From a virus: a stretch of 64,000 nt of DNA. Numbering within the stretch: position 1 is the first letter of the stretch; each line of letters starts with the position of its first letter. The translations under genes and the position numbers were made by a program. The stretch covers positions 32,001-96,000 of the IMG/VR virus record IMGVR_UViG_3300032308_002010; one strand, 5' to 3'. Positions 27,966-37,194 of this stretch are shown piece after piece. The notes under the pieces were generated by a model. The model had not been told where the DNA came from, made no database searches, and saw only the letters and a list, made by a program, of their open reading frames with translations.

Positions 27966-29423
27966 TCATGTGACATAATTTTGCATTACACAGTGGTTTG
28001 CTGTCAACCAATTGTTTCCGTATTTCTCGCAGATGGCGGCGTAAGCAGCGATCTTATACAACGCGTAATGTTGCGCAAGAGCTGTTTCTGCTTTTCCACT
28101 CGCTTGCTTGTCAGACGGAAACTCAATTGCCCGGGCGTTACGAAGCGCGGCTAAATAGGCGCGCTTTTCAACACTGACGGGTAATACGCTATGTGTGTGT
28201 GCTACCTTTTCAGCCCACACGCGCACGTTTTGCGGCGCCGAGTCGGCTGGAAAGTATACGTTGTTTTCAAGCAGCGCAACCACATCACTGTCGTTGGCTA
28301 ACTTTGAAAACACATTAGGCAGCGCATACGCAACTGCACTAACAAGTGTGGCGTTAGCTGACTTAACTGTCAACGCTAAAAAATCTCGCGGGGGCAAGAT
28401 TACGCCAGCGTCGGCTAGTCCGCGTAACACCTCAGCCATTTTAACAGATGGCGCGCCATTTGTATCAATAGCCGGTTGTACTTCGTCGGAACTTGCGAGC
28501 GCGGTCTGGGCCCAATTACCGCCAGCGCCTGCATCCTTCTCCGCCTGCGCTAGCTGGGTTAACGCTTCTAACTGCAGCTGAACCCGGGTAGCGGGAGTAC
28601 GCCCAAGGTCAAAGCCAAGCGGCGCGGTAATACCGAGCTGTTCAGCGAGTTCAGCCCCGGAAACGCAACTGTTTGAGGCGGCTTTTTGCAACTGACCCGA
28701 CACGTAAGCAATGCGGTCTGCCGGGCGAAATACATGGCTGATATCAAAAAACGTTGGGTTCGGGTTGTCGGCGTGAAGAACGTGGCCGTCTTCTAGCACC
28801 CGCCCCATGTTGTGTTTTAACCCGCCCGCCTTACAATGACCGCCGCCCTCGATTGAGTCGCAATATTCGGCGCGGGTCTTGGCCGTATTGCCGCAAGACG
28901 AACACTTATCAAACGGAATTTTACAGGCCATCGACACAGCAATTTCTTTGTCGTTAGCTAGCTTTTCGAGTTCCTTGTCGGCAATCAAGCCGCCGTTTCG
29001 GTCGGCCGCTTCTTTAGAACCGTTAAGCGCCACGACTAACTCGATACGCTTCATGGGTTCGTGATATGCGCTGGCTTTCACAATTCCGAAAGACTTAGCC
29101 GGGTTTTTATTGGCGTGGTCGCGATAGAAACGAGCAAATTTTTCGAATGTCTGGTGGTAATTACGGCAGCAGTCGCGGGTGAATCCGTCGCCGTTGCGGT
29201 TCGGGCCGTAGTCCTCTGTGGCACCAATTGCGATCATGTGGACCGGCACTTCGTCTTTAGCAAACTTGATGTTTTCAAGCTTGTGCGCAAACTCAGCGCC
29301 AGCGCGCTTTACAAGTTCTTGTTTGTCTGCGCCAATAATGCCGCGGCTAGATACTTTGATCAGCGCAGCAACAGGCTCGCTAAAGTCTTGGGAGTGCGGT
29401 TGAATAACCTTGATCATGCTCAT
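27966..29423 (-). CDS. Prohead maturation protease (HK97/assemblin-like fold) with a Cys-rich insertion and C-terminal extension
   Basis: GPNRNGDGF, FYRDHAN (candidate His), AVSMAC (candidate Ser), CSSCGN...EYC...HC, FFDISHVFRPAD; sits upstream of scaffold and capsid genes. Confidence 0.7.
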   Translation of the reverse strand: MSMIKVIQPHSQDFSEPVAALIKVSSRGIIGADKQELVKRAGAEFAHKLENIKFAKDEVPVHMIAIGATEDYGPNRNGDGFTRDCCRNYHQTFEKFARFYRDHANKNPAKSFGIVKASAYHEPMKRIELVVALNGSKEAADRNGGLIADKELEKLANDKEIAVSMACKIPFDKCSSCGNTAKTRAEYCDSIEGGGHCKAGGLKHNMGRVLEDGHVLHADNPNPTFFDISHVFRPADRIAYVSGQLQKAASNSCVSGAELAEQLGITAPLGFDLGRTPATRVQLQLEALTQLAQAEKDAGAGGNWAQTALASSDEVQPAIDTNGAPSVKMAEVLRGLADAGVILPPRDFLALTVKSANATLVSAVAYALPNVFSKLANDSDVVALLENNVYFPADSAPQNVRVWAEKVAHTHSVLPVSVEKRAYLAALRNARAIEFPSDKQASGKAETALAQHYALYKIAAYAAICEKYGNNWLTANHCVMQNYVT

Positions 29424-29425
29424 GT

Positions 29426-30382
29426 TTACTCTCCCGCGGACGAGCCGCCCAAGCTGTTAAGAAGCGCCGGTACACTAAGCGCGCCGAGAACCGGGAGCCC
29501 AATGCCGGCGAGACGACCACCAACACGCGGCATCTTGCGCAGAGCTTGTTGAAGCTGCGCCGTCGTTAACCGCCGGCCAGCGTTACCGACGCCAGAAGAA
29601 GGCTCAGATGCGATTGCAGCCAGAACGCTGGCCGCGTCGTCTGCGTTGCGCCCAAGAATACCGCCAAAAAAGTTGCCTCGGGCAGTGCCACGAGCCGAGT
29701 TAACGCGCCCTGCAACACTGGCTGGCGTGCGCATACCAGCTTCTTCCAGTGGTAGGCTTACGTCGCGCGGAACACGATCTGCGCCAAAAATACCGCTCCA
29801 CGTATTGTTTTGAGCAAATGGCATGTTACGCAAATGGCGCGTTAAATTGTCAGTAATCCTCGACGGCCCGCTGTTTGCGCGCAGCTGTTCAATCGTTGGT
29901 TTTATCTGTTTAGCCGCCTCATCGCCGGAGGCTAAAAACCTGTCTAGCTTGCCGTAGGCGTCAATCGAGTTAGCAACCTGTCGGCCGCCGTAGCCGCCAA
30001 CACCCGCGGCCGCCAGATTGAGCAGCGCGCCGCCAGAAGAGCCGTCTTGGCCCTTGGCGGCGGCAATTGCCGGCGGCGGATCAGTCTTGGTCAACAGCAT
30101 GTTTTTTGCCGCCGTAGCGCCGAGACCGCCGATGCCGCCCATTAACGCATAATCGAGCATGGCGCGCCGTTTTTTCTTTCCCTGCAGCGCGCCAATTAAA
30201 CCACCAGCGCCAGCACCCAGCGCGGCGTTCTGCAGATACGGGTTACCCAGAATTTGCGACAAGTCGGCCTGCTTGCCTAGCGCTTCGGTTACTGCCGCAA
30301 CTTTTTCAATTGCGGGGTCTGGCATGCGCGTAGCAATCGCCGACAAACCGCGCGCAAGTTCTTGAATGTCTGTTGTTTTCAT
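29426..30382 (-). CDS. Gly/Ala-rich putative internal virion (ejection-like) protein
   Basis: 318 aa; EKVAA and GKQAD near the N-terminus, followed by several GxxxG hydrophobic segments. Confidence 0.5.
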   Translation of the reverse strand: MKTTDIQELARGLSAIATRMPDPAIEKVAAVTEALGKQADLSQILGNPYLQNAALGAGAGGLIGALQGKKKRRAMLDYALMGGIGGLGATAAKNMLLTKTDPPPAIAAAKGQDGSSGGALLNLAAAGVGGYGGRQVANSIDAYGKLDRFLASGDEAAKQIKPTIEQLRANSGPSRITDNLTRHLRNMPFAQNNTWSGIFGADRVPRDVSLPLEEAGMRTPASVAGRVNSARGTARGNFFGGILGRNADDAASVLAAIASEPSSGVGNAGRRLTTAQLQQALRKMPRVGGRLAGIGLPVLGALSVPALLNSLGGSSAGE

Positions 30383-30384
30383 AA

Positions 30385-31758
30385 TTACAGTAACTCGCGG
30401 GCCTTCTGCTGCGCTTCGAGATTACTCTTCAAACTCTCAGCGCGGATCTTCTCCATTTCAATCAGCTGTTTGATATCAAAATCAGCGAGCTGCCCGGCTT
30501 CTAGCCGTTTGCGCAAAAGAGCCTGCATAGCTGCACCTGAACCAGTAAAATTAGGCGCAATTTCGGCAATTTGGTTATAAGCAGAAGCCACCTCGTACGG
30601 GTCGTAACCGGAGATAACCGGATCGTTCAGAATAAGGTCGTTAAGCACACCACGAGATTTAATCTGCTGCAGTTTGTTTTCGTGTTCTGCGTCGGACATC
30701 TGCGCAAACGCTTTTTGCTTTTGCTTAATCGGATCTGTTGAGCGCTCCTCGTTGGCGCCCAGCTCGTTGGTAAGACCGGATGGGCTCATAAGCTTACCGA
30801 GATGACCCATTGTGCCGCTATAAGATGTCAGGGGCGGCGTTGTGTCTTGTTTTTTTTTAACAGCTGCCACTTTAAGCGCGAGTGGCGCAGTTTTTTCGTC
30901 GTGAAGAATCGAGCCGGTAATCGGCGTGGGCGCAACCTTTGGCGACACTGCCGGTTGATTTAACGCAGCTAATTTACTGGCTGCGTTGTTATGTAGCTCT
31001 ACCGCTTTTATCACGTTTTCAACAAGCGTCACAACCGGAAGCGAACCAAAAAAGTTTTCGTTTTTGGCGGCCTGTTTTGCGAAGTGCGGGTATACGGCTG
31101 CAATCTTGTTTAAAGTCGACACGCCGATATTGCCGAGGCGCAAGCCAACTTCGCGCACAGCGTCAGGAAACGACATGTTGCCGGGAACGCGGAAATACTG
31201 CGCTAGCTCTTCCATTGCAGCAGCGGCTTTGTAGTGCGAAATAGTAGCAAGCCTGCGCGTTTCGTCGGCGGCGTGCTGCGCGGCTTGCTTTTCGCTGTGG
31301 GCGCGACGGGCGGCGGAATGATCGTCACGGGGAGCAGGTACGTATGTCGGGGCCGGGAGCACGCTCTTCGCTGCGGCTGCTTTATTCAGGGTCGCGTTAC
31401 GCCGGGCGATAAAGCCAGTCGGCGCTACGGCATACTCTGTTGAGATGACGCTGTTGTTTGTTAATTCAGCTGACGTTTTAACGTGCTTAGGATACAGCGC
31501 GTCCATAACAACATTTACGTCAGCAAGTTGAAAGTCTGCCGCTTTCTCCAACGTGTTTGCGCCGAGTTCGCGCTGCTTGTTGGTACGACCGGTGTTGTAC
31601 GCATGCACCATGAGGTTAATATGCCCGGCCGGAATACTCGCGTCGCTTGCGCTTTTAATAATCGCGTTGTTTGGAGTGGCGCCTTCGTTGACTAACGTGG
31701 CCGCGCGCTCAATTGCGCTCAGCAATTTTTGCTCAGCTTCTTTACTTAATGCCCGCAT
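30385..31758 (-). CDS. Helical putative internal head protein
   Basis: 457 aa; LEKAAD, NKAAAA, AKQAAK, LKVAAV motifs. Confidence 0.5.
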   Translation of the reverse strand: MRALSKEAEQKLLSAIERAATLVNEGATPNNAIIKSASDASIPAGHINLMVHAYNTGRTNKQRELGANTLEKAADFQLADVNVVMDALYPKHVKTSAELTNNSVISTEYAVAPTGFIARRNATLNKAAAAKSVLPAPTYVPAPRDDHSAARRAHSEKQAAQHAADETRRLATISHYKAAAAMEELAQYFRVPGNMSFPDAVREVGLRLGNIGVSTLNKIAAVYPHFAKQAAKNENFFGSLPVVTLVENVIKAVELHNNAASKLAALNQPAVSPKVAPTPITGSILHDEKTAPLALKVAAVKKKQDTTPPLTSYSGTMGHLGKLMSPSGLTNELGANEERSTDPIKQKQKAFAQMSDAEHENKLQQIKSRGVLNDLILNDPVISGYDPYEVASAYNQIAEIAPNFTGSGAAMQALLRKRLEAGQLADFDIKQLIEMEKIRAESLKSNLEAQQKARELL

Positions 31759-32689
31759 CGGTTTTCTCCGGGTAGTGCAGTTCTTGGATCAGACCTTGAT
31801 TCTGTAAAGAACCGCCAGCCGCAATAATCATCATTTCGTCGTTACGTAACTCTGCAGCGCCGTCATCAAAGGGTAACATTTTTATGGCTGCGGAATCCAG
31901 TTTTGTTCCTACCTTAAACGGCAGAGTGGCCAACATTGCGCCAATATTTTCGACAATTGTGGCCTGCGATTTCGTGGCGTTGTCGCTGTTTTTCTCGATC
32001 TCTACATATTTTACAAAAGAATCGATCAGCGGTAACTGGGTATGGCTGTTGACGGGCACGGTAAGGCTGGCAATTGCCGCCTTGTACTTCATCGAGTGAA
32101 TTGCAAAATCTTGAAAAAACGTTGATACACCACCCGCTGCGTCCGGCTTGGGAATCTCTAGGCAGCGGTTAATTGCCGCATCTAGTACGTATTTCCCGCC
32201 GCGAAAACCAAGTAGTTTCCACAGCAGGTCGTAGTGCCGCTCTTGAAGCCCGCGCGTCACAGCGTCGGCCATAACAACATTAACGACATAATCCGTGTTG
32301 ACGAGCTTATCGCGCACGTCAAAAAACGTACTGGCGTAAGCTTCGATTGTCTCAACTTCTGTGCCTAGTTTGTTGGCAATTTCTTGATCGGACTCGCCGG
32401 CCAGAATGCGGGCTTCAATTGCCCAGCGCGTCGGTTGCTTATCGGCAGCCCAGAGCGAATGCGCCCAAAACATTGCGCCGTCGCGTAGCATGGCGCCGTA
32501 CGTCGCGGTTGGGTCGTTATTCGCCTGCTCGAAGTGCCGCTTAAGCCGCAAAGCCCGGCGTATCCACACAAAGCCGTCCGCGCCGTCGAGCGCGCGGGAA
32601 GCCTTTCGGCCGCCGCTGTCGATTTGTACAGCCCGCAGCCAACGCCAGTTTGGTGGGCGCAACGGGTTGGTGCGGAACGCGTTAAGCAT
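31742..32689 (-). CDS. Hypothetical protein with an HTH-like segment
   Basis: ARILAGESDQEIANKLGTEVETIEAY; ATG 32689 overlaps the upstream stop. Confidence 0.5.
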   Translation of the reverse strand: MLNAFRTNPLRPPNWRWLRAVQIDSGGRKASRALDGADGFVWIRRALRLKRHFEQANNDPTATYGAMLRDGAMFWAHSLWAADKQPTRWAIEARILAGESDQEIANKLGTEVETIEAYASTFFDVRDKLVNTDYVVNVVMADAVTRGLQERHYDLLWKLLGFRGGKYVLDAAINRCLEIPKPDAAGGVSTFFQDFAIHSMKYKAAIASLTVPVNSHTQLPLIDSFVKYVEIEKNSDNATKSQATIVENIGAMLATLPFKVGTKLDSAAIKMLPFDDGAAELRNDEMMIIAAGGSLQNQGLIQELHYPEKTDAGIK

Positions 32690-33341
32690 TTTGATCAACA
32701 AACCCGAAACAGACTGTGCAGTAATATTCGGCGGCACCGTAGTTAAACGTCACACTACTCATTGTTCCGTCGATTCGAATGATGTTAAAGCCCTCTTCAC
32801 CGACAAACTGCGTGTACTGGGTAGAGCTTACTTGATTTAGATACGTTGTTTGCGTGTTAGGAACGGTGTCGTTTGACGACCAAATCGGCGTAAACGGTTT
32901 TGGCGCGCCATTCTCGTCAAGCACTTGTACGGGAACTGTTCCATTCGCTTGACCAACACTCGCAAACGCAACTAAGGCGTTCGTGACGGGCGAACTAAAC
33001 ACCGCAGTAAATACCCCGGCCTGCGTGTTTGCGATTTGATTACCGCCGAGTGGTATGCCGTATTCTGCCGGGAACAGGGAACCTGCGACCATGCCAGTGT
33101 GCAAAAACATACCGCCGCCGCTCTGGGTAATCGCGACTGTGATATTGTTTTGCCCGATTCCAGCCGCCGCGGATTCAGTCACAGAATTCATCGTCATCCA
33201 CTGAAACCCGGAACTGCCGAAGTCCGATTCAAACACTAACGTATTGCCCAGAAACGCCTTGAACACATTACCGTAGCCGACCCTGAGCGCCGTTATGTTG
33301 AGCGAGCGAAAAAATATGTCGCTGTTTACTGTTGCGGGCAT
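32682..33341 (-). CDS. Beta-rich fibre-associated / lectin-like protein
   Basis: N-terminal LRVGYGNVFKAFLGNTLVF pattern, commonly found after fibre genes ending in a YDAL..KD..TLY motif. Confidence 0.4.
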   Translation of the reverse strand: MPATVNSDIFFRSLNITALRVGYGNVFKAFLGNTLVFESDFGSSGFQWMTMNSVTESAAAGIGQNNITVAITQSGGGMFLHTGMVAGSLFPAEYGIPLGGNQIANTQAGVFTAVFSSPVTNALVAFASVGQANGTVPVQVLDENGAPKPFTPIWSSNDTVPNTQTTYLNQVSSTQYTQFVGEEGFNIIRIDGTMSSVTFNYGAAEYYCTVCFGFVDQNA

Positions 33342-33346
33342 AACAA

Positions 33347-34279
33347 TTACCCGTTAATGATATACAGCGTCGCGGCATCTTTGGTCGTCAACGCATCGTA
33401 AACGGCTTGACTAACAGCGACAATATTTGTGATAGCAACAGCGTCGGTAAGCCCGGTAACGTCGCTTTCGATGTAGTTGTTTGCGCCGCCACCACCGCCG
33501 CCGACAATTTCTACCGTTGTAGTGTCTTCAAGACCGGCGTACAGTTTGTTTTCTTCTACGTCGTACAGCATCTCGCCCGGCTGCACGTTGATCGGAGTCG
33601 GGTCTAATTCGCTAACAACCTCGCGTCGGCGGTTCGGGAAGTGCATGGCCCTGAAAACACGCGTAACAGCCTCAACCGGACCTTCGCTGATTTCGAGGTA
33701 CGTGAAGTAAGCCTTCTCGTTAGTCTCGGTATCAAGGTCGGCGTGGAAACCGATGCGGTAGGCGCCAGCCGGAAGAACCTCTTCTGCAATCGTAATCGTA
33801 TTAACAGGAGAGCCACTTGCGCTGCTGCCTTCAAACAATTCGTGCGTAACGGTTTCCTCGACCGGGTTATAGGTCACGCGCGCCGTATACGTATCTCCAA
33901 CTGTGAGGAAGTACTCCCCGTTAGTGCTGTTATTGTTTTGCCCGTTAATTTCTGGATTGCCGCAGTTGTATTGAACTGCAATGCGGGATGCGTTATCGCC
34001 CCAACTCCAGTATGGTTCAACGTCGGCTTTGAAAAAACAAATGCCGTGGTCGGGGCAGGCGTCCTCTCCGTCGAAGTCGACGCCGGCGTGCACAAACGTG
34101 TAAATAACTACGACAGTCGTATCGCCGTCGATGTCATAGTTCGTGCGGATAGGGTACGGCGCGTCGCTCGCGTCGCCGGAGAACCACATGCCGGTAGAGT
34201 CAAAGCCAAACGCTACGTCCGCGTCTGGAAACGTGTCGAGCCAAAACGGTTGTGTTTGCAGATTGCTAGAAACACTCAT
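33347..34279 (-). CDS. Fibre/decoration-like protein with a beta-sandwich domain
   Basis: 310 aa acidic and beta-rich; ends in VSQAVYDALTTKDAATLYII, a fibre C-terminal motif. Confidence 0.45.
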   Translation of the reverse strand: MSVSSNLQTQPFWLDTFPDADVAFGFDSTGMWFSGDASDAPYPIRTNYDIDGDTTVVVIYTFVHAGVDFDGEDACPDHGICFFKADVEPYWSWGDNASRIAVQYNCGNPEINGQNNNSTNGEYFLTVGDTYTARVTYNPVEETVTHELFEGSSASGSPVNTITIAEEVLPAGAYRIGFHADLDTETNEKAYFTYLEISEGPVEAVTRVFRAMHFPNRRREVVSELDPTPINVQPGEMLYDVEENKLYAGLEDTTTVEIVGGGGGGANNYIESDVTGLTDAVAITNIVAVSQAVYDALTTKDAATLYIING

Positions 34280-34302
34280 GCTATTTCCCCAGTATGTGCC
34301 GC

Positions 34303-34722
34303 TTACCGAAGCGTTGGCGTTTCGACGGTGACGGTCAGCACGAAATTCTTGGCGCCGCTACCGTTCGGTTTGATTCGCAGATACAAAAACCGCTGCGGAT
34401 TTGACGGCGAACCATCGCGATTAAGATAGGCCACGTTTACGTCGCTGTTCTCGGCAATCGCTACGACGTCTTGATCGGATACGACGTCAGCAAAGTCCGC
34501 CAGACTAAGCACGTGAAATGCTTCAGCCGGCAAAGTATTATTCGGCGCTGTGTCCTGCTTGCTGGAATAAAGGTCAGCCTCAAACTTGTTGTCGGCGCCG
34601 GTTAGCTGAACGAGTGCGTACCCGCGCAAAATTGCCCGGTGCGGCATCTTTACCGGCACAGTTGTTTCAGTGCCGCTTGGCGCAGTAAACGTAGTGGTAC
34701 CCGACCAAATCGTGCTAGCCAT
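34303..34722 (-). CDS. Hypothetical beta-rich protein
   Basis: 139 aa ORF with AAGGTG SD. Confidence 0.5.
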   Translation of the reverse strand: MASTIWSGTTTFTAPSGTETTVPVKMPHRAILRGYALVQLTGADNKFEADLYSSKQDTAPNNTLPAEAFHVLSLADFADVVSDQDVVAIAENSDVNVAYLNRDGSPSNPQRFLYLRIKPNGSGAKNFVLTVTVETPTLR

Positions 34723-34731
34723 TTTTCACCT

Positions 34732-37113
34732 TTATGCGTTAGCGATAGCGCCAAGATCAATATCCTGCGCGGCTTCTTCGGGATACGGCTCGATGGTCTT
34801 TTGCTTGAGGAACAAGATCACGTCGCCGAGCATTTCAAACGCGTTGCGCAGCGAGTCTTCTAGTTCCGGCATGTCAGACTTGCCGTAACGTTCGGCAAAC
34901 CGGTCACCGTGCCAGTAGAACATGAATAGAATGCGGCCAAGCTTATCGAGACCCTTAGTGAGTTCGCCCATATACCTGTCGACGAGCGAGTCGTCGCGAA
35001 CGGCGCGCAACATGGCGCCGACCATGGCGGTGTCGAACACTTCGCGCTGGCCGCTCTGGGCGGCGTCGATGACAGAGCGAACGTCGCGCTGGTCGAGCAT
35101 CGTATTCGGGTTATAGACGCTGCGGTCGGTTTGGCTGGCGCTCATCCCCGGTACCTGCACGGCAGTATCGATACCGAGCTGCGTCGGAACGCTCGTGCCC
35201 ATGATGCTTTCGCCACCCATAACCGGGCCCGGATCTGTGGGCGCGGAAGGCGCGCCGTTAATCATCATTGGCGCGCCGTACGGATCGGCGTACTTGACGC
35301 GGCACTCAAACTTACGCTTGGCGGCTGCTTGCTTTAGGATTTCACGGGCAGCGTGCTCACGAAGGCCGTGGTGTTCTACCAGCGTAACAAGCGCTTTAAC
35401 GGGGCTCAGATTAGCTTCTTTGTTAATTGTTACCGACGAACCGTTGTGGTAAACAGTTAGCGCGGCAGTCTTCTGCAGCAGCGCCAGCTGGGCGTCTACA
35501 AGATTGCCGGGCATCAGAGCCGGCGGGTCGCTAGCGCCACAACCGCAGGCGCTTTGATCTTCTGCGTTTTCGGCGTCGTCTTCGCCCTTGGTGACTTTGA
35601 GCAGCTTGAATCCTTCCGGCACGTAAATGTCGCCCATGCTCGCGCGCAGGCTGGCGCCCTTCTTGCCGTTAAGATGCAAACGTACGCCGTCGCGGTACTT
35701 GTCGTAGTTCAGCGGGTCCGTGTAGCAGCAAGCGCCGATTGAACCCTTGGGCGGGTACTTTGAGTGGTCCTCAAGATGCACTTCGTAAACAGTGCTACCG
35801 TTGCTGTCGCCGTACTCTTTAATCACGCGAAACGGCGCTGTCGTATCGCCGCGCTTGCTGAGCGCGATGTATCGAGCATCTTTGCCCGATACGCTGTTGG
35901 CGTCAGGCAGGCCATCAAACCACTTGTCAAACTCTTCGCCTTCAATGCGGGCAAGAGCAAAGACTTGGTCGGCGCGGGTGTTGAGCCAGTTACGCGCACC
36001 CTCGACGCGCACTACCGTAATGAAGTTTTCACGCTTGGCTGCGCCTTGCGGATGTACAGCTACGTAGCAACGTTCAATGTTGCCCGGCTTGACTAGAATC
36101 TCGTACAAGCCACTTTCGGTCGGGTTAAACAGCTTTTTCTCGACCTGAATGTGGTACGGAATCGATACGTTATCTCGGTCGCGCTCGTCTTGGATCAGCA
36201 CTCCATCGCGCAGCAGCTTTTCCTGATCTTCTTCGCTGTGGCCGACTGGTGCCTTGGTCTGAATCGTAACGTCATATGTGATAACGGTTAGACCCTTAAC
36301 AGACGCCGGTTCTTTAGGCGCCTCAGACAAGACGCTGGCGATCTTAGTACTGGCCGCAACTTCACGTGCCGCAGCATCCGCAATGGCCTGCTTCACGATA
36401 TCTAAACCGTGAAACTCCTCAATTGCGGCAGCCATTTGCGGCGCGTGTTTGCAGGTGTTAATAAGAGTGCCGATCATTTCTCGGCCGGCCTGCTTCAGAA
36501 ACGACTGCAGATTTAACGCGTCGCCCATTTCTTTGAGCGCCTGCGCGGTATTTAACGTAGCGCTCTTGGCGAGAGCCGGCATTGCGGCCGTCATCATTTC
36601 CTTGAGCGTGGGCTGCGCCGAACCAAACTTGGCCGGGCTGCGCGAAAGCTGTGTGAAGTCGGGCTGGCGCTGGCCGAGACCCGAAAGATTCCGCTCGACG
36701 CCGCTGCCCAGAATGTTGGGCTTACGATTAACGAGATAGTTAATCCAGTTTTCCTTGAGCGGCACGAACATGTCCTGATTCTTGATATACAGGAGTTCGT
36801 GGCCCTTGAGGTCGCCGTTGAGGAAGAACACCGGCGCATACAGCCAGTTTGAGCCGACCTTGAACGCAAAGACGCCGACCGCCTTGGTGTTTTCGCGGTT
36901 ACGGTCAAGGAGCTGGAAACCGATTTCGTGGTCGAGTAGCTTCGGGGCTGAGTCGCGCAGATAGGCGTGGGCCAGATTGCTAAACGACTGCTCGAAGGAG
37001 GTGTCGTCGCCCTTGCCGCCTAAATCGGCGTATTTGGTCTGGGTGCGGTCATACGACTGCATCACCTTCAGCCAATGCTTAACAGACGACTCTTTCGCTT
37101 TTTTGTTATACAC
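34732..37113 (-). CDS. Large putative virion protein (about 793 aa) with repeated K-x-A motifs
   Basis: GTG 37113 preceded by CAGC-AUGGAG-GCUG; TKYAD, LKQAG, TKIAS, QKTAA, LKQAA, VKYAD. Confidence 0.55.
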   Translation of the reverse strand: MYNKKAKESSVKHWLKVMQSYDRTQTKYADLGGKGDDTSFEQSFSNLAHAYLRDSAPKLLDHEIGFQLLDRNRENTKAVGVFAFKVGSNWLYAPVFFLNGDLKGHELLYIKNQDMFVPLKENWINYLVNRKPNILGSGVERNLSGLGQRQPDFTQLSRSPAKFGSAQPTLKEMMTAAMPALAKSATLNTAQALKEMGDALNLQSFLKQAGREMIGTLINTCKHAPQMAAAIEEFHGLDIVKQAIADAAAREVAASTKIASVLSEAPKEPASVKGLTVITYDVTIQTKAPVGHSEEDQEKLLRDGVLIQDERDRDNVSIPYHIQVEKKLFNPTESGLYEILVKPGNIERCYVAVHPQGAAKRENFITVVRVEGARNWLNTRADQVFALARIEGEEFDKWFDGLPDANSVSGKDARYIALSKRGDTTAPFRVIKEYGDSNGSTVYEVHLEDHSKYPPKGSIGACCYTDPLNYDKYRDGVRLHLNGKKGASLRASMGDIYVPEGFKLLKVTKGEDDAENAEDQSACGCGASDPPALMPGNLVDAQLALLQKTAALTVYHNGSSVTINKEANLSPVKALVTLVEHHGLREHAAREILKQAAAKRKFECRVKYADPYGAPMMINGAPSAPTDPGPVMGGESIMGTSVPTQLGIDTAVQVPGMSASQTDRSVYNPNTMLDQRDVRSVIDAAQSGQREVFDTAMVGAMLRAVRDDSLVDRYMGELTKGLDKLGRILFMFYWHGDRFAERYGKSDMPELEDSLRNAFEMLGDVILFLKQKTIEPYPEEAAQDIDLGAIANA

Positions 37114-37194
37114 GGCCAGCCTCCATGCTGCGCTCAAAATTAGACACAGTATTAATTTACTGCGTCGAAGTCTCTATATCCTACAAAAACGGGC

